DNA of 64,000 nucleotides from Armatimonadota bacterium (GCA_041690135.1 JAWLHY010000001.1:448001-512000); one strand, 5' to 3'. Positions 38,408 to 49,888 are shown, counted from the stretch's first letter. Program-made: numbers and translations. Notes: a model not told the origin generated them from the sequence alone.

Positions 38408-39386
38408 GGGTGCTGGGAATCTCGATGACGCGGATGAGGGTCAGTTCGCCGACTTCGATCTCATCGCCGGGGCTGAGAACGATTTCGCTTTCGGGCTGCA
38501 CCCACTGCCGGTTATGGCGGGTGCCGTTGGTGCTGTTCAGATCGGTCAGCACGTACTTTCCGTCCCGGATGAAGATCTTGGCATGCCGGCGCGACACCGC
38601 GTCGTCCTGCCGCAGGTCGATCTCGGGGTGGATGCCGCGCGTGGCGTCCGGACGACCGATGAGGGCTTCGCCGCGTATGTCCTGCTCAAAGGTGCGGCGC
38701 CCGATAGTGACTTCCACCCGGAGTGGGGCGGCCGCGAGGTTTTCCGCGGGCGGCGCCACCGGGGGAATGGGTGGCCCAAACGGGGTCATCGGCGCCGGTC
38801 CGCCCGTCGGAGAAGCCGGTGGCTGTACTGGGGTCGCGGCGGCGGCGGGCGGTGGCACGCCGAAAGGAGAAGGAGGTGGGGCCGGAGCGGGGCTGGGCGC
38901 TTCCGCGGGGGCGAAGGGGTTCCCGGCCGGTACGGGTCCGGCCAGGTTGCCCAGGTCCAGATCGAAATCGCCCACGGGCGGCGCGGCCGGGGAAGTGGCG
39001 GGCGGCGGTAGTGGCGCCGCCGGTCCGGACTCCGGAACCGCCGGGACCGCTGGCGCCGGCGCTCCCGGCACGGCGTCAATCGCCAGGTCCCAATCGCCGC
39101 CGGCCGCCGGGGAGGCTCCCTCGGCAATGCCGGCGAACGGATCGACCGGCGCGGAGGGAGGCCAGAGGGCGGCCAGGTCCGAGGGGCTGGCGGAGGATGT
39201 TGGCAGGGCGGTAGGAGGCGGAACCAACGGATCGTCGGGAGGGAGTGACTTCAACCAGGCGGCCAGAACATCGTCGTCGACCGGACCGGACTTGTCCGTT
39301 CCATCTTGCGACGGGGTTTTGTCCGCTGAACCCCCGGCCTGGCCGGAACCGGCTCCCCACTGTTCCCAGAACTTGTCTTGACTCAA
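38400..39386 (-). CDS. FHA-domain protein with Pro/Ala-rich N-terminus
   Basis: IGR...VSRRHA...DLNSTNGT; probable TTG start 39386 after GAAGGG. Confidence 0.9.
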   Translation of the reverse strand: MSQDKFWEQWGAGSGQAGGSADKTPSQDGTDKSGPVDDDVLAAWLKSLPPDDPLVPPPTALPTSSASPSDLAALWPPSAPVDPFAGIAEGASPAAGGDWDLAIDAVPGAPAPAVPAVPESGPAAPLPPPATSPAAPPVGDFDLDLGNLAGPVPAGNPFAPAEAPSPAPAPPPSPFGVPPPAAAATPVQPPASPTGGPAPMTPFGPPIPPVAPPAENLAAAPLRVEVTIGRRTFEQDIRGEALIGRPDATRGIHPEIDLRQDDAVSRRHAKIFIRDGKYVLTDLNSTNGTRHNRQWVQPESEIVLSPGDEIEVGELTLIRVIEIPSTHA

Positions 39387-39619
39387 CTGCGTTTCCCTTC
39401 GGATGGCCCGGAACGGCAAGCGGAACAGCGGAAGCAAGTGTCGCGCTTCCTGGAGATTACGGTCGCACCCCTATCATTCCCGGCTGCCGTATCGCGGGTT
39501 GGTGGGATAGTCGTTCTTAGTTCGAATGTTCCCGCAGCGCCGCGCTTTTTCCTTGTCTCCCGACAGATCGGCACAGGATTGGGACAGATTGGGAAGGATT
39601 CGAGTGGTGACGTTTGTGG

Positions 39620-40819
39620 TCAGGGTCGGATCACCGTGCCGTCCGCCCTGCGAATGGCCGGCCACGCGCCGTTGTAGGGATGTTCCGGCAGCGGATAACG
39701 CGCCGCTTTCTCCTCATCGATATCCACGCCGAGACCGGGGCGGTCGCTGGGCCACATGCAGCCGTCCCGCACTTCCGGCGAGCCCGGGAACACCTCGCGG
39801 GTCGCTTCGGGAATGGGCGACAACTCCTGAATGCCGAAGTTGTAGCAGGCCAGGTCCAGGTGCATATTAGCGGCGTGGCCCACCGGAGACACATCGCCGG
39901 GGCCATGCCAGGCGGTGCGGATTCCGAAATACTCGCAAAGAGCCGCCAGCTTCCGCGCCGGGCTGAGACCGCCGATGGTGGAAACGTGCACCCGAATGAA
40001 GTCGATCAGCCGGTCCTGAATCAGGGGGAGGTACTCGTTTACGTTGGAGAAGAGTTCCCCCATGGCGATCGGAATACTGGTCTGCTGTCGCAGCAGCGGG
40101 AAGTAGCCGATGTCCTCGGGCGCGAACGGGTCTTCCAGGAAGAAGAGGTGGAACGGCTCCAGTTGCCGGGCCAGGTGGATGGCCTGGATGGGGGGGATCC
40201 GCTCGTGGATGTCGTGCAGGAGTTCGACTGGTTCGGTGATTTCCGTGCGCAGGTGCTCGAAGAGGCGGACGGCGGAAGTGACATAAGGCGTCGGTTCCCA
40301 TACCGCCTGCTGGGCGGCCTGGCCCTTGGCGCCGTAGGTGCTGTAGCCGGGAACATCCACCTGGGCTCTCACGTGGGTGAAGCCTTCCGCCATGGCGGCC
40401 CGAATGTGGTCGGCAACCTCCTGGGGATCACGACCGGACGCGTGGCAATAGAGCGGCACACGGTCGCGGCACTTGCCGCCCAGCAGTTGATACACCGGCA
40501 TTCCGGCGCGTTTGCCCTTGATGTCCCACAGGGCCTGGTCCACGCCGCTTAGCGCGTTGTTGAGGACCGGGCCGTTACGCCAGTACGAGCTAACGAAGGC
40601 CGATTGCCAGGCGTCTTCGATGGCGTCGACGTCGCGGCCCAACAGGAACGGACGCAGGTACTCGTCGACAGCCGCAGCCACGGTGAGCGGACGCTGGGTA
40701 AACGTGGCGCAGCCCAGGCCGTACAGACCGGGCTCGCTGGTATCCACCCGCACGACGATCAAACGGATTCCATCGGGCGCGGTCAGGATGGTACGGATAT
40801 TGGTGATAGTGACAGGCAT
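39620..40819 (-). CDS. RspA/ManD-like enolase-superfamily dehydratase
   Basis: GLGCATFTQR, SYWRNGP, LWDIKGK, LLHDIHER, FFLEDP, WHGPGDVSP. Confidence 0.93.
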   Translation of the reverse strand: MPVTITNIRTILTAPDGIRLIVVRVDTSEPGLYGLGCATFTQRPLTVAAAVDEYLRPFLLGRDVDAIEDAWQSAFVSSYWRNGPVLNNALSGVDQALWDIKGKRAGMPVYQLLGGKCRDRVPLYCHASGRDPQEVADHIRAAMAEGFTHVRAQVDVPGYSTYGAKGQAAQQAVWEPTPYVTSAVRLFEHLRTEITEPVELLHDIHERIPPIQAIHLARQLEPFHLFFLEDPFAPEDIGYFPLLRQQTSIPIAMGELFSNVNEYLPLIQDRLIDFIRVHVSTIGGLSPARKLAALCEYFGIRTAWHGPGDVSPVGHAANMHLDLACYNFGIQELSPIPEATREVFPGSPEVRDGCMWPSDRPGLGVDIDEEKAARYPLPEHPYNGAWPAIRRADGTVIRP

Positions 40820-41140
40820 GGCGTGAGGTTTGGGCAGCAGTGCCCTGGCGGACGGGAGAGGCGGAACCGTCGCAACGGACGGAATGCGGAAGTGCCATGG
40901 GCAGCCCAACCCGTAATGCGGCGGGGAAGGGCCTGAACCCTCCTAATTGTGACGCATGGACCCGGGGAAATGGCTCGCGGTATCGCCCCCATCTGTGGGC
41001 GAGTTTGCCGGGAGGAGGCGGAGACGTAGCAGTCGGGGTGAGACGGCGCAGGCGCCCCCATGGATGGCGGAAGACGCGGCAGACACGGTCTTCCGATTAC
41101 GGGCGGCTGCCTGCGGGCAGGTTGGGAGCCGAAGGTACGG

Positions 41141-41347
41141 CTACTTCTTGATAGGCAGCAGAATACCGCCGAGGAGCAGCCCGGCCAGGGCCCCGACCAT
41201 GCCCACGGGAATCAGAATCGGTAGGGCTTCGGCCGCGATTTCGATGTGGCTCGGGCCACCCGCCTTCTGGATGAAGACTTCCAGCACGCGGAATGAACCC
41301 CACACTCCGGCGGCCATGCTCGCGATGAGAAACAACATACGGAACAA
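41141..41347 (-). CDS. Small 2-TM membrane protein
   Basis: Two hydrophobic helices, GGGGAG RBS, KK tail. Confidence 0.65.
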   Translation of the reverse strand: MFRMLFLIASMAAGVWGSFRVLEVFIQKAGGPSHIEIAAEALPILIPVGMVGALAGLLLGGILLPIKK

Positions 41348-41450
41348 GCGGCTACTCCCCCGGGACTTCGGCCGCAGCGGCGCCTACGGCTCCACACCGG
41401 CGGCGACTCGTCCCGCTCTCTCTCGATTGTGGCGAGCGGGCAATGTCTCT

Positions 41451-42455
41451 TCAGGGGCGTGGTCGCAAAGTGTCTCCCTTGAATACGACGAAGAGCAGCG
41501 CGAGCGAGGGGGCCAGCAGTAGCACGCCGGGAATGAGGCTCCAGAGCACGAAGCGGAGCGTGGGAGCCGGCGAGGCGGCCTGGGCCAGGGTAAAGTGCGG
41601 ATAGACGAGGTAGGGCTGCTGTGCCACAGCCCAGCCCAGCACGACGAGGGAAACCTGGACGATGGTCGCGGTGCGCGCCAGAGCGTACCGCCGCTTCCAG
41701 ACCGCCCAGGCGGAGAGGCTCGCGAGGCCTCCAGCGCCCAGCAGTACCGGCGCGGCCTCCGGAGCGGTGATCCGCGCAAAAAAGACTGGAGCGTCAAAGC
41801 GGGCCGCGGCCAGCGTCACCAGGGCCAGCACCACCAGCACGCCTCCCGCATTCAAGCTCTTCTTCCGAAAGTCTTCCCGGGTCTCCCCGTCCGTTTCCAG
41901 GGTCAGGTAAACGGCCGTGACGTAGGCGCAGATCGCCAGGCTCAACGCCCCCAGGCACCAGGAGAAGGCTCCCAGCCAGGGTGTCCACGGATCGGAGACG
42001 ACCTGTCCACCTTCCAACCGGATTCGGCCCGCCGCCACGGCACCCAGGCACATCCCCAACAAAACCGGGGTGATGGTGCTGGCGATGCCGAAGACGCGCG
42101 TCCAGAGCCGCGTAGCTTCGGAGCGCTCGTCGCCATAAGAGCGGAAGACAAAGGCCGCACCGCGGAGCACGATCCCCAGGAGCGCCAGGTGGAACGGCAC
42201 GAAGAGGGCCACGCTGAGCGCTGCAAACGCCGGCGGAAAGCACGAAAACAGCAGGACGATCAGGAAGATCAACCAGACGTGGTTGGCTTCCCAAACCGGT
42301 CCCATAGCTTTTGCGATGGCTTTCCGCTGCGCTTCCGCGCGTGGCCCGCGAGCCAGGAGATCCCAGACCCCCGCGCCGAAGTCCGCCCCACCCAACACGG
42401 CATAGGCGATCAGGGCCGCGGCTCCTACCAGGGCAATCATTACTTCCGGTGACAT
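41451..42455 (-). CDS. cydB: Cytochrome bd oxidase subunit II
   Basis: GGADFGAG, GPVWEANHVWL, LRGAAFVFR. Confidence 0.95.
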   Translation of the reverse strand: MSPEVMIALVGAAALIAYAVLGGADFGAGVWDLLARGPRAEAQRKAIAKAMGPVWEANHVWLIFLIVLLFSCFPPAFAALSVALFVPFHLALLGIVLRGAAFVFRSYGDERSEATRLWTRVFGIASTITPVLLGMCLGAVAAGRIRLEGGQVVSDPWTPWLGAFSWCLGALSLAICAYVTAVYLTLETDGETREDFRKKSLNAGGVLVVLALVTLAAARFDAPVFFARITAPEAAPVLLGAGGLASLSAWAVWKRRYALARTATIVQVSLVVLGWAVAQQPYLVYPHFTLAQAASPAPTLRFVLWSLIPGVLLLAPSLALLFVVFKGDTLRPRP

Positions 42456-42469
42456 CGAGGTTAGCTCCA

Positions 42470-42601
42470 GGTGTTCGGGTGTTCAGGTATTCGGGTGCTC
42501 AGGCGTTGGGCGTCCAGGCTTTCGGCGTTCAGGTGTTCAGGCGTTCAGGCAGTCGGTTTTCAGGTCTTCAGGTGTTCGGTCATTCCGTGTTTAAGCGTTC
42601 G
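42470..42601 (+). repeat. Degenerate 7-8 bp tandem repeat (GGTGTTCA consensus), ~17 units
   Basis: ggtgttcg ggtgttca ggtattcg ggtgctca ggcgttg ggcgtcca ... Confidence 0.9.
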
Positions 42602-42627
42602 GGATGTTGGTGGTGAATTCGGATTGA

Positions 42628-42808
42628 TCGGCTGCAGTGGCACTGCAGCCGAACGGGTGCCCCTTGGGCGATCGTGCGCAGTTGCACTGCGCCGCTCCCG
42701 ACCCGGTGCCGGCATTGGCGACCCAGGTGGGCCGCGACGACTGCGAGACCACGGGCTTCCGCAGTGCAACTGCGGGACGAAGGCTTCCACGGGCAGAGCA
42801 ACTGCCCG
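42628..42808. repeat. Four GCAG-N5-CTGC palindromes (REP-like cluster)
   Basis: Cores at 42634, 42678, 42761 and 42793, each with different complementary flanks. Confidence 0.75.
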
Positions 42809-42857
42809 CGATCGAGTTTCCCAACAGCATCTTCCGAACGTTCAGGCGGTCGGACAT

Positions 42858-44234
42858 TCAACCATGAGCCGGAGCGTGGGCCTCGCGTCCCCCCGTCCTC
42901 TCTGGTTCGCCCGGTCTCTTTTCACCGGACTCGTTCGCCGGGCCAGACTCTTCTATTCCCGCGAGACGGAGCAGCAGCCAGCCCAGGGCGACGGCGAGCA
43001 CGGTGTAGAGCGCCAGGAAGCCGAAGAACGTCACCTCGACGTACGGGGCGGTGGTCACCGCCTCGCGGGTGCGCATGATCCCATAGATCGTCCAGGGCTG
43101 GCGTCCCACCTCGGAAACGATCCAGCCGGCCTCCAACGCGGCGAAGGCCATTACTCCGGTGGGAACCAGCAGGCGCATCACCCAGTCCGGTAACTCGCCG
43201 CGCCTCTTCCGGAAGATTGCCCAGTAGAGGGCGGAAAGTCCCATCAGCGCGAAGCCACTGCCGATCATCACCTGGAAGGCGCCGTGGACCAACGGCACAT
43301 TCGGCCACTGGTCGCGGGGGATCTCTTCCAGACCCTTCACCTCGGCATGGGGATCATGATGCGCCAGCAGGCTGAGTCCAAAAGGAATCTCGAGGGCATA
43401 GGGGACCTCCTGCCGGGTGGTATCCGGCAGGCCGCCGATTTTCAGTGCGGCGCCCCGTTCGGTGCGGAAGTGGGCTTCCATGGCGGCCAGTTTGGCCGGC
43501 TGGCGGTGGGCCACATGCCCCGCACTGAAGTGACCGCTAAACGGCATGATGAACGCTACGAGGGCGCCCACGGTCATCGCGAGCCGCAGGGCGGCCCGCT
43601 GGTAGTCCGTACGGCGGCCCTTCAGGTAGCCCCACGCATAGACGGACGCGATGCTGAAGGCACTGGCCATGTAACAGGAGAGCGTGGAGTGCACCGCCAT
43701 GACCGCCCAGGTCGGATTGAACAGCGCGGCCATCGGGTCGATGTTCACCGCCTTGCCGCCTGCCAGCTCGAACCCGACAGGGTTTTGCATCCAGGCGTTG
43801 GCCGAAACGACCAGGATCCCCGAAACGGCGCCGCTCACGGCCACCGGCACGCCGCACAGCCAGTGATGGACCGGCTTCAGGCGGTCCCACCCATAGAGGT
43901 AGAGACCGAGAAAGATCGCCTCGATGAAGAAGGCGTAACCCTCCAGCGCAAAGGCCGGTCCGATCAACGGGCCCGCGAACTCCATGAAGCGGGGCCACAG
44001 GAGGCCCAACTCGAACGAGAGCGCCGTCCCCGACACGGCGCCAACCGCAAACAGCAAGCCGGTAGCCTTGGCCCATTTCCTGGCCAGGGCGAGATACTCG
44101 GGTCGCTTCGTACGCAGGTAAAGCCCTTCCGCCAGCACCATGAAGAGCGGCAGCCCGATTCCCAGGGCCGCGAAGATCATGTGGAACCCGAGCGAAAATG
44201 CCATCTGCGCCCGGGCTGCCCCCAGTGGGTCCAT
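42858..44234 (-). CDS. cydA: Cytochrome bd oxidase subunit I (short Q-loop type)
   Basis: SLGFHMIF, GAVSGT, ALEGYAFFIEA, NAWMQNP, QPAKLAAMEA, EVGRQPW. Confidence 0.96.
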   Translation of the reverse strand: MDPLGAARAQMAFSLGFHMIFAALGIGLPLFMVLAEGLYLRTKRPEYLALARKWAKATGLLFAVGAVSGTALSFELGLLWPRFMEFAGPLIGPAFALEGYAFFIEAIFLGLYLYGWDRLKPVHHWLCGVPVAVSGAVSGILVVSANAWMQNPVGFELAGGKAVNIDPMAALFNPTWAVMAVHSTLSCYMASAFSIASVYAWGYLKGRRTDYQRAALRLAMTVGALVAFIMPFSGHFSAGHVAHRQPAKLAAMEAHFRTERGAALKIGGLPDTTRQEVPYALEIPFGLSLLAHHDPHAEVKGLEEIPRDQWPNVPLVHGAFQVMIGSGFALMGLSALYWAIFRKRRGELPDWVMRLLVPTGVMAFAALEAGWIVSEVGRQPWTIYGIMRTREAVTTAPYVEVTFFGFLALYTVLAVALGWLLLRLAGIEESGPANESGEKRPGEPERTGGREAHAPAHG

Positions 44235-44516
44235 TTCAACCCATCCTTCTACGACCCCGCCGCGCCCTGCCTCACTGCCTGCGCGCCTGGCGGGATCCAC
44301 TTCATGCGTAGTTTAACGGGGCCGCTCGTAAGTATTGCTTATGATTTTCTCTCTTTGAATAAGCATGATTTATTTATCGGCGCGTGGTAGGAAGTCCTGA
44401 ATCGCATTTGCGTGAACTGACAGAATGAATGCAGTGGCCGGAGTGTCTACCGGCCGCCCCCTAATCTATAATTCCGGCGGCCGATCCAATTTCGAGACGG
44501 GTCCACGAGGGAAAAG

Positions 44517-45761
44517 ATGGTCGCCGAGATCCTGAGCGTAGGGACGGAACTGCTGCTGGGCCAGATCAACGATACGAATGCCAGCTACCTGGCGCGCACC
44601 CTGGCGGGGCTGGGCATCGATATCTACCACAAAAGTACCGTGGGGGATAACGAAGGGCGCGTCATCGACACCCTGCAGCGGGCGCGCGAGCGGGCGGACC
44701 TCATCATCACCACGGGGGGTCTCGGGCCGACGGAGGATGATCTTACCAAGGAGTGCATAGCCAGGGTCTTCGACGAGGAACTGGTGATGCATGAGCCTTC
44801 CCTCGCATGGATTCGGGGGTTCTTCGCCCGCCGCGGGGTCGAGATGCCGGCCCGGAACGCGAAGCAGGCACTGATTTACCGGAACGGGCGTCCCCTGGAT
44901 AATCCCCACGGCACGGCTCCGGGCGCGCTGCTGGAGAAGGACGGCAAAATCGTCATCTCCCTGCCCGGCCCCCCGAACGAGATGGTGCCGATGGTGGAGA
45001 ACCAGGTGGTGCCGTTCCTTACGGAGCGAATCTCCGGCCACCGCCAGTATCTCGTGACCCGGGTCTTCCGCCTGATCGGTATCGGAGAGTCGTCCGTCGA
45101 GGAAAAGGTGCAGGACCTGATCCGGGGACATAACCCCAGCCTGGCGCCGCTCGCCCACACCGGGGAGGTCCATCTCCGGGCGGGCGCCAAGGCGGACAGC
45201 ATCGAGGCGGCGGAAGCCCTGATCGGGCCCCTGGAGGCGGAACTCCGCGCGCGGATCGGCCGTTTTATTTACGGCGTGGACAGCACCACCCTGGAACAGG
45301 CCGTGGTGCAGGAACTGGCGACCCGCGGCCGAACCATCGCCGTGGCGGAGTCTTGCACCGGGGGATTGCTCGGTGCCCGGCTGACGGAGGTCGCGGGCAG
45401 CAGCGCGGTGTTCCTGGGCGGCGTGGTCTCCTACGCGAACGAGGCCAAGGTGCGCCTGCTGGGGGTGGACCCGGATCTGCTCGCCCGGTACGGAGCTGTG
45501 AGCCGGGAGGTCGCCACGGCGATGGCCCAGGGAGTGCGGGAACGTCTCGGCGCGGACCTGGGGGTGTCGATCACCGGCGTCGCGGGTCCCGGCGGCGGCA
45601 CGGAGGAAAAGCCGGTCGGCCTGGTCTATATCGGGCTGGCGACTCCGGATCGCGTGCGGGTCACGGAGAACCACTTTATCGGCATCCGGCAGGACGTGCG
45701 GCGTCGCTCCACCCAGGTGGCGCTCCAGATGGTCCGTGACGAGTTGCTGGGGGAAAGCTAG
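44517..45761 (+). CDS. cinA: Competence/damage-inducible protein CinA
   Basis: GTELLLGQINDTN, GGLGPTEDD, AESCTGG, ITGVAGPGGG. Confidence 0.96.
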   Translation: MVAEILSVGTELLLGQINDTNASYLARTLAGLGIDIYHKSTVGDNEGRVIDTLQRARERADLIITTGGLGPTEDDLTKECIARVFDEELVMHEPSLAWIRGFFARRGVEMPARNAKQALIYRNGRPLDNPHGTAPGALLEKDGKIVISLPGPPNEMVPMVENQVVPFLTERISGHRQYLVTRVFRLIGIGESSVEEKVQDLIRGHNPSLAPLAHTGEVHLRAGAKADSIEAAEALIGPLEAELRARIGRFIYGVDSTTLEQAVVQELATRGRTIAVAESCTGGLLGARLTEVAGSSAVFLGGVVSYANEAKVRLLGVDPDLLARYGAVSREVATAMAQGVRERLGADLGVSITGVAGPGGGTEEKPVGLVYIGLATPDRVRVTENHFIGIRQDVRRRSTQVALQMVRDELLGES

Positions 45762-45764
45762 GCG

Positions 45765-46379
45765 ATGCCGGACACCCCACGGCCTTTGCGCCTGTTCATC
45801 GCCGTCCCCACGGCCGCGGAAGTGCGGAGCGCGGCGGAACGGGTGCTGCGGGGCCTGCGGGGCCGGGGAGACGTTCGTTGGGTAACCCCGGAACGTCTTC
45901 ACCTGACGTTGAAGTTCCTCGGCGAGACGCCGGGCGACCGAGTGCCGGAAATCATCGCGGCACTCGAAAAATCATCGAACAAGTTTTCTCCTCTTGTGGT
46001 AGAATTGGAAGGTGTCGGAGCCTTCCCGAACCTCCGGAAACCCCAGACGATCTGGCTGGGGATCGGGCGGGGCGAGAGGCTGGCCGGCCTGGCGGAATCG
46101 GTAGAGAGTGCGCTTCAGAACCTGGGGTTCGAGCGGGAGAAGCGGGCGTTTCGCCCCCATCTTACCCTCGGCCGGCTCCGCTCCCCGAAAGAAGTGCGGG
46201 AACTGACCCAGGCGCTGGAAGCGGTACAGGCCGATGCCGTCGGGCTGGTGGAGTGGCCCGTGACGGAAGTGCAGCTCGTGCAGAGCGTGCTGCGGCCCTC
46301 GGGACCCGAGTATACCGTGCTGCATACGTTCCCCCTGGCTCGTGTATCCGGGCCGGAAGAACGGGAGCCGCATGCGTAG
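45765..46379 (+). CDS. thpR: RNA 2',3'-cyclic phosphodiesterase
   Basis: Two HLTL motifs, RLFIA, SVLRPSGPEY. Confidence 0.94.
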   Translation: MPDTPRPLRLFIAVPTAAEVRSAAERVLRGLRGRGDVRWVTPERLHLTLKFLGETPGDRVPEIIAALEKSSNKFSPLVVELEGVGAFPNLRKPQTIWLGIGRGERLAGLAESVESALQNLGFEREKRAFRPHLTLGRLRSPKEVRELTQALEAVQADAVGLVEWPVTEVQLVQSVLRPSGPEYTVLHTFPLARVSGPEEREPHA

Positions 46380-46455
46380 CTGGACTTGCATATCCTGGTG
46401 ATGGTAACTGGACACGGACGGCGCATACGTTGGCCCGGCGTGTGGAGGAACGGCA

Positions 46456-47490
<1,035 letters not shown>

Positions 47491-47579
47491 GCGCTCTCAC
47501 CCTGCCGTGCTTCCGGCGGTGGGTGCACGCGGTAGTGGCATGGAGGTCGCTACCGTCCAATTGATCGACCTGCATTCGG

Positions 47580-47607
47580 TGGGGGCAGCCCGTTAGGGCT
47601 GCCCCCA
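47580..47607. terminator. 12-bp GC hairpin between recA and recX (attenuator or REP-like)
   Basis: TGGGGGCAGCCC-GTTA-GGGCTGCCCCCA; weak U-tract. Confidence 0.5.
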
Positions 47608-47622
47608 TTGTGGTATTAGTCT

Positions 47623-48297
47623 ATGGACGAAGGATTTACGTCGCCGGCCTCCGAACCCTCAGCTATCACTGCGATCGAGCCCCAGAAGAAGAACCCGGAC
47701 CGCGTCTCCGTCTTCGTGGATGGAGAGTTTGCGATCGGCGTGCATTCGGAGGTGCTGCTGGCGGTCGGCTTGTACGTCGGGCGCCGGGTTTCCGTTCCGG
47801 AGTTGCAGCAACTGGCGCTGAAGGAAGAGACGCGCCGGGCACGGGAGAGCGCGCTGACTCTCCTCGGCGTCCGAGCGCGCAGCCGCAAAGAGCTTCAGGT
47901 TCGCCTGCAGCAAAAGGGCTACGATCCGGCGGCCATCGCCGGCGCGCTGGAGTCGCTGGAGCGCAGTGGCTTCGTGGATGACGCGGAGTTCAGTCAGAGC
48001 TGGGTGCGGGGCCGCACCGGCGGACGTCCAATGGGTCCGAACCGGCTGGCCGCGGAACTGCGCCAGAAGGGCGTGGACCGGGAGCTGATTGATGAGGCGC
48101 TCCAGGCGATCGATCCCGAAATGGAACTGGAACTGGCGTTGACGGTGGGGCGCCAGAAGGTAGAACAGATGCGCGGGGACATGGGCGACGAGAAGCAGGC
48201 GGTGCGCCGCAAAGTGACGGCGATGCTGCAGCGCCGCGGCTTTACCTGGCAAACATGCTCGCGCGCGCTGGACATACTCATGCAGGACGACGAATAG
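47623..48297 (+). CDS. recX: Regulatory protein RecX
   Basis: [27 protein letters not shown]; downstream of recA. Confidence 0.94.
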   Translation: MDEGFTSPASEPSAITAIEPQKKNPDRVSVFVDGEFAIGVHSEVLLAVGLYVGRRVSVPELQQLALKEETRRARESALTLLGVRARSRKELQVRLQQKGYDPAAIAGALESLERSGFVDDAEFSQSWVRGRTGGRPMGPNRLAAELRQKGVDRELIDEALQAIDPEMELELALTVGRQKVEQMRGDMGDEKQAVRRKVTAMLQRRGFTWQTCSRALDILMQDDE

Positions 48298-48346
48298 ATC
48301 GTCGCGATGCGTTCTCCCGGCGCCCCACCTTCGGCCGGAGTGCTTA

Positions 48347-49888
48347 ATGGATCCCGTGACGTTAACGCTCCTGGTCGCCGCCCTGCTGACGCTGGCGGCC
48401 GGCCTGGTGCTTTTCTATAGAGTGAGTCAACAGAAGGCCGAGCTTTCGGCCCTTCAACAACAACTGGAACGCGAACGCCAGAACATCGCCCGGGACGCGG
48501 AAGCGACCAAGAAGGAGACCCTCCTCGAAGCACGCGACGAAGCCCACATCATCCGCGAAAAGGCCGAGCAGGAGGCCCGTGAGCTCCGCGCGCAGGTCCA
48601 GAAGTTGGAAGAGCGCGTGAACCAGCGGGAAGAAACCCTGGAGCGACGCTCGACCAGCCTGGAGCAGCGGGAAGCGGAGGCCAAAGAGCGCGACCGGGAG
48701 CTAGAAGGCCTCCGCCAGGAGGTGCAGACGCTCATCGCACGACAGCGTTCGGAGCTGGAGCGGATCGCGGGTTTGGGCCACGAAGAGGGTCGCACCCTCT
48801 TGATGAAGCAGCTCGAAGATGAGCTGCGCATGGACATGGCTCGCCTGATCAAGCAGATCGAGGAAGAGACCCGCGGCGAGGCCGATCGCCGCGCCCGGCA
48901 GATCATTGTCCAGGCGATCCAGCGCTGCGCGGTCGACCAGGTTTCCGAGACTACGGTGTCGGTGGTGCCGCTTCCCAGCGACGATATGAAGGGGCGCATT
49001 ATCGGGCGGGAGGGGCGGAACATTCGCGCCTTCGAGACGCTGACCGGCGTCGACCTCATCATCGATGATACCCCCGAGGCGGTCGTCCTTTCCGCCTACG
49101 ATCCCGTACGTCGCGAAACGGCGCGGGTGGCGCTCTCGAACCTTATTCTCGACGGCCGGATCCACCCGGGCCGCATCGAGGAGACGATCCAGAAGGCGCG
49201 CGACGAAGTCGAACAGAAGATCCGCGAGGCCGGTGAACTGGCGGTGATGCGGGCGGGGGTCGGCGGCCTTCATCCCGAGCTGATCCGGCGGCTCGGCAAG
49301 CTGCGCTACCGCACCAGTTACGGGCAGAACGTGCTGGACCACTCCGTAGAAGTCGCCCTGCTGGCCGCCTCCCTCGCCGCCGAGCTGGGGGTGGACGCTG
49401 AAATTGCGCGCCGCGCCGGTCTGCTTCACGACGTGGGTAAGGCCGAGGACCACGAGATGGAGGGGTCCCATCTCGACATCTCCGTGGACCTGGTGCGCAA
49501 GTTCGGGGAAGCCCCGGGAGTGGTGCACGCCGTGGAGGCGCACCACGGGGATGTGGACTTCGGGAGCGTGGAAGCGGTGCTGGTCCAGGTCGCGGACGCC
49601 ATCTCCGCCTCGCGGCCGGGCGCCCGCCGGGAGATGCTCGAGACCTATATCAAACGGATGCAGCGCCTCGAAAACATCGTCAACGACGTGCCCGGCGTGG
49701 AGAAGACCTTCGCCGTGCAGGCCGGCCGGGAACTCCGGATCATCGTCCGCCCCGAGCAGGTCGACGACCTGAGCTCGGCCAAGCTCGCCCACGACACCGC
49801 CCGCCGCATCGAGGAGCAGATCGAGTACCCCGGCCAGATCAAGGTCGTCGTAATCCGCGAGACCCGGACTTCGGAGTACGCCCGGTAG
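48347..49888 (+). CDS. rny: Ribonuclease Y
   Basis: N-terminal TM, coiled coil, KH ([12 protein letters not shown]), HD (LLHDVGK). Confidence 0.98.
   Translation: MDPVTLTLLVAALLTLAAGLVLFYRVSQQKAELSALQQQLERERQNIARDAEATKKETLLEARDEAHIIREKAEQEARELRAQVQKLEERVNQREETLERRSTSLEQREAEAKERDRELEGLRQEVQTLIARQRSELERIAGLGHEEGRTLLMKQLEDELRMDMARLIKQIEEETRGEADRRARQIIVQAIQRCAVDQVSETTVSVVPLPSDDMKGRIIGREGRNIRAFETLTGVDLIIDDTPEAVVLSAYDPVRRETARVALSNLILDGRIHPGRIEETIQKARDEVEQKIREAGELAVMRAGVGGLHPELIRRLGKLRYRTSYGQNVLDHSVEVALLAASLAAELGVDAEIARRAGLLHDVGKAEDHEMEGSHLDISVDLVRKFGEAPGVVHAVEAHHGDVDFGSVEAVLVQVADAISASRPGARREMLETYIKRMQRLENIVNDVPGVEKTFAVQAGRELRIIVRPEQVDDLSSAKLAHDTARRIEEQIEYPGQIKVVVIRETRTSEYAR

Noticed and set aside
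42560-42867. Small ORFs between cydA and cydB (possible four-helix-bundle or cyd subunit)
   Set aside because: Translations are not hydrophobic or family-like and run through repeats and hairpins
46380-46455. LexA/SOS box upstream of recA
   Set aside because: No convincing GAAC-N4-GTTC or CTGT-N8-ACAG dyad
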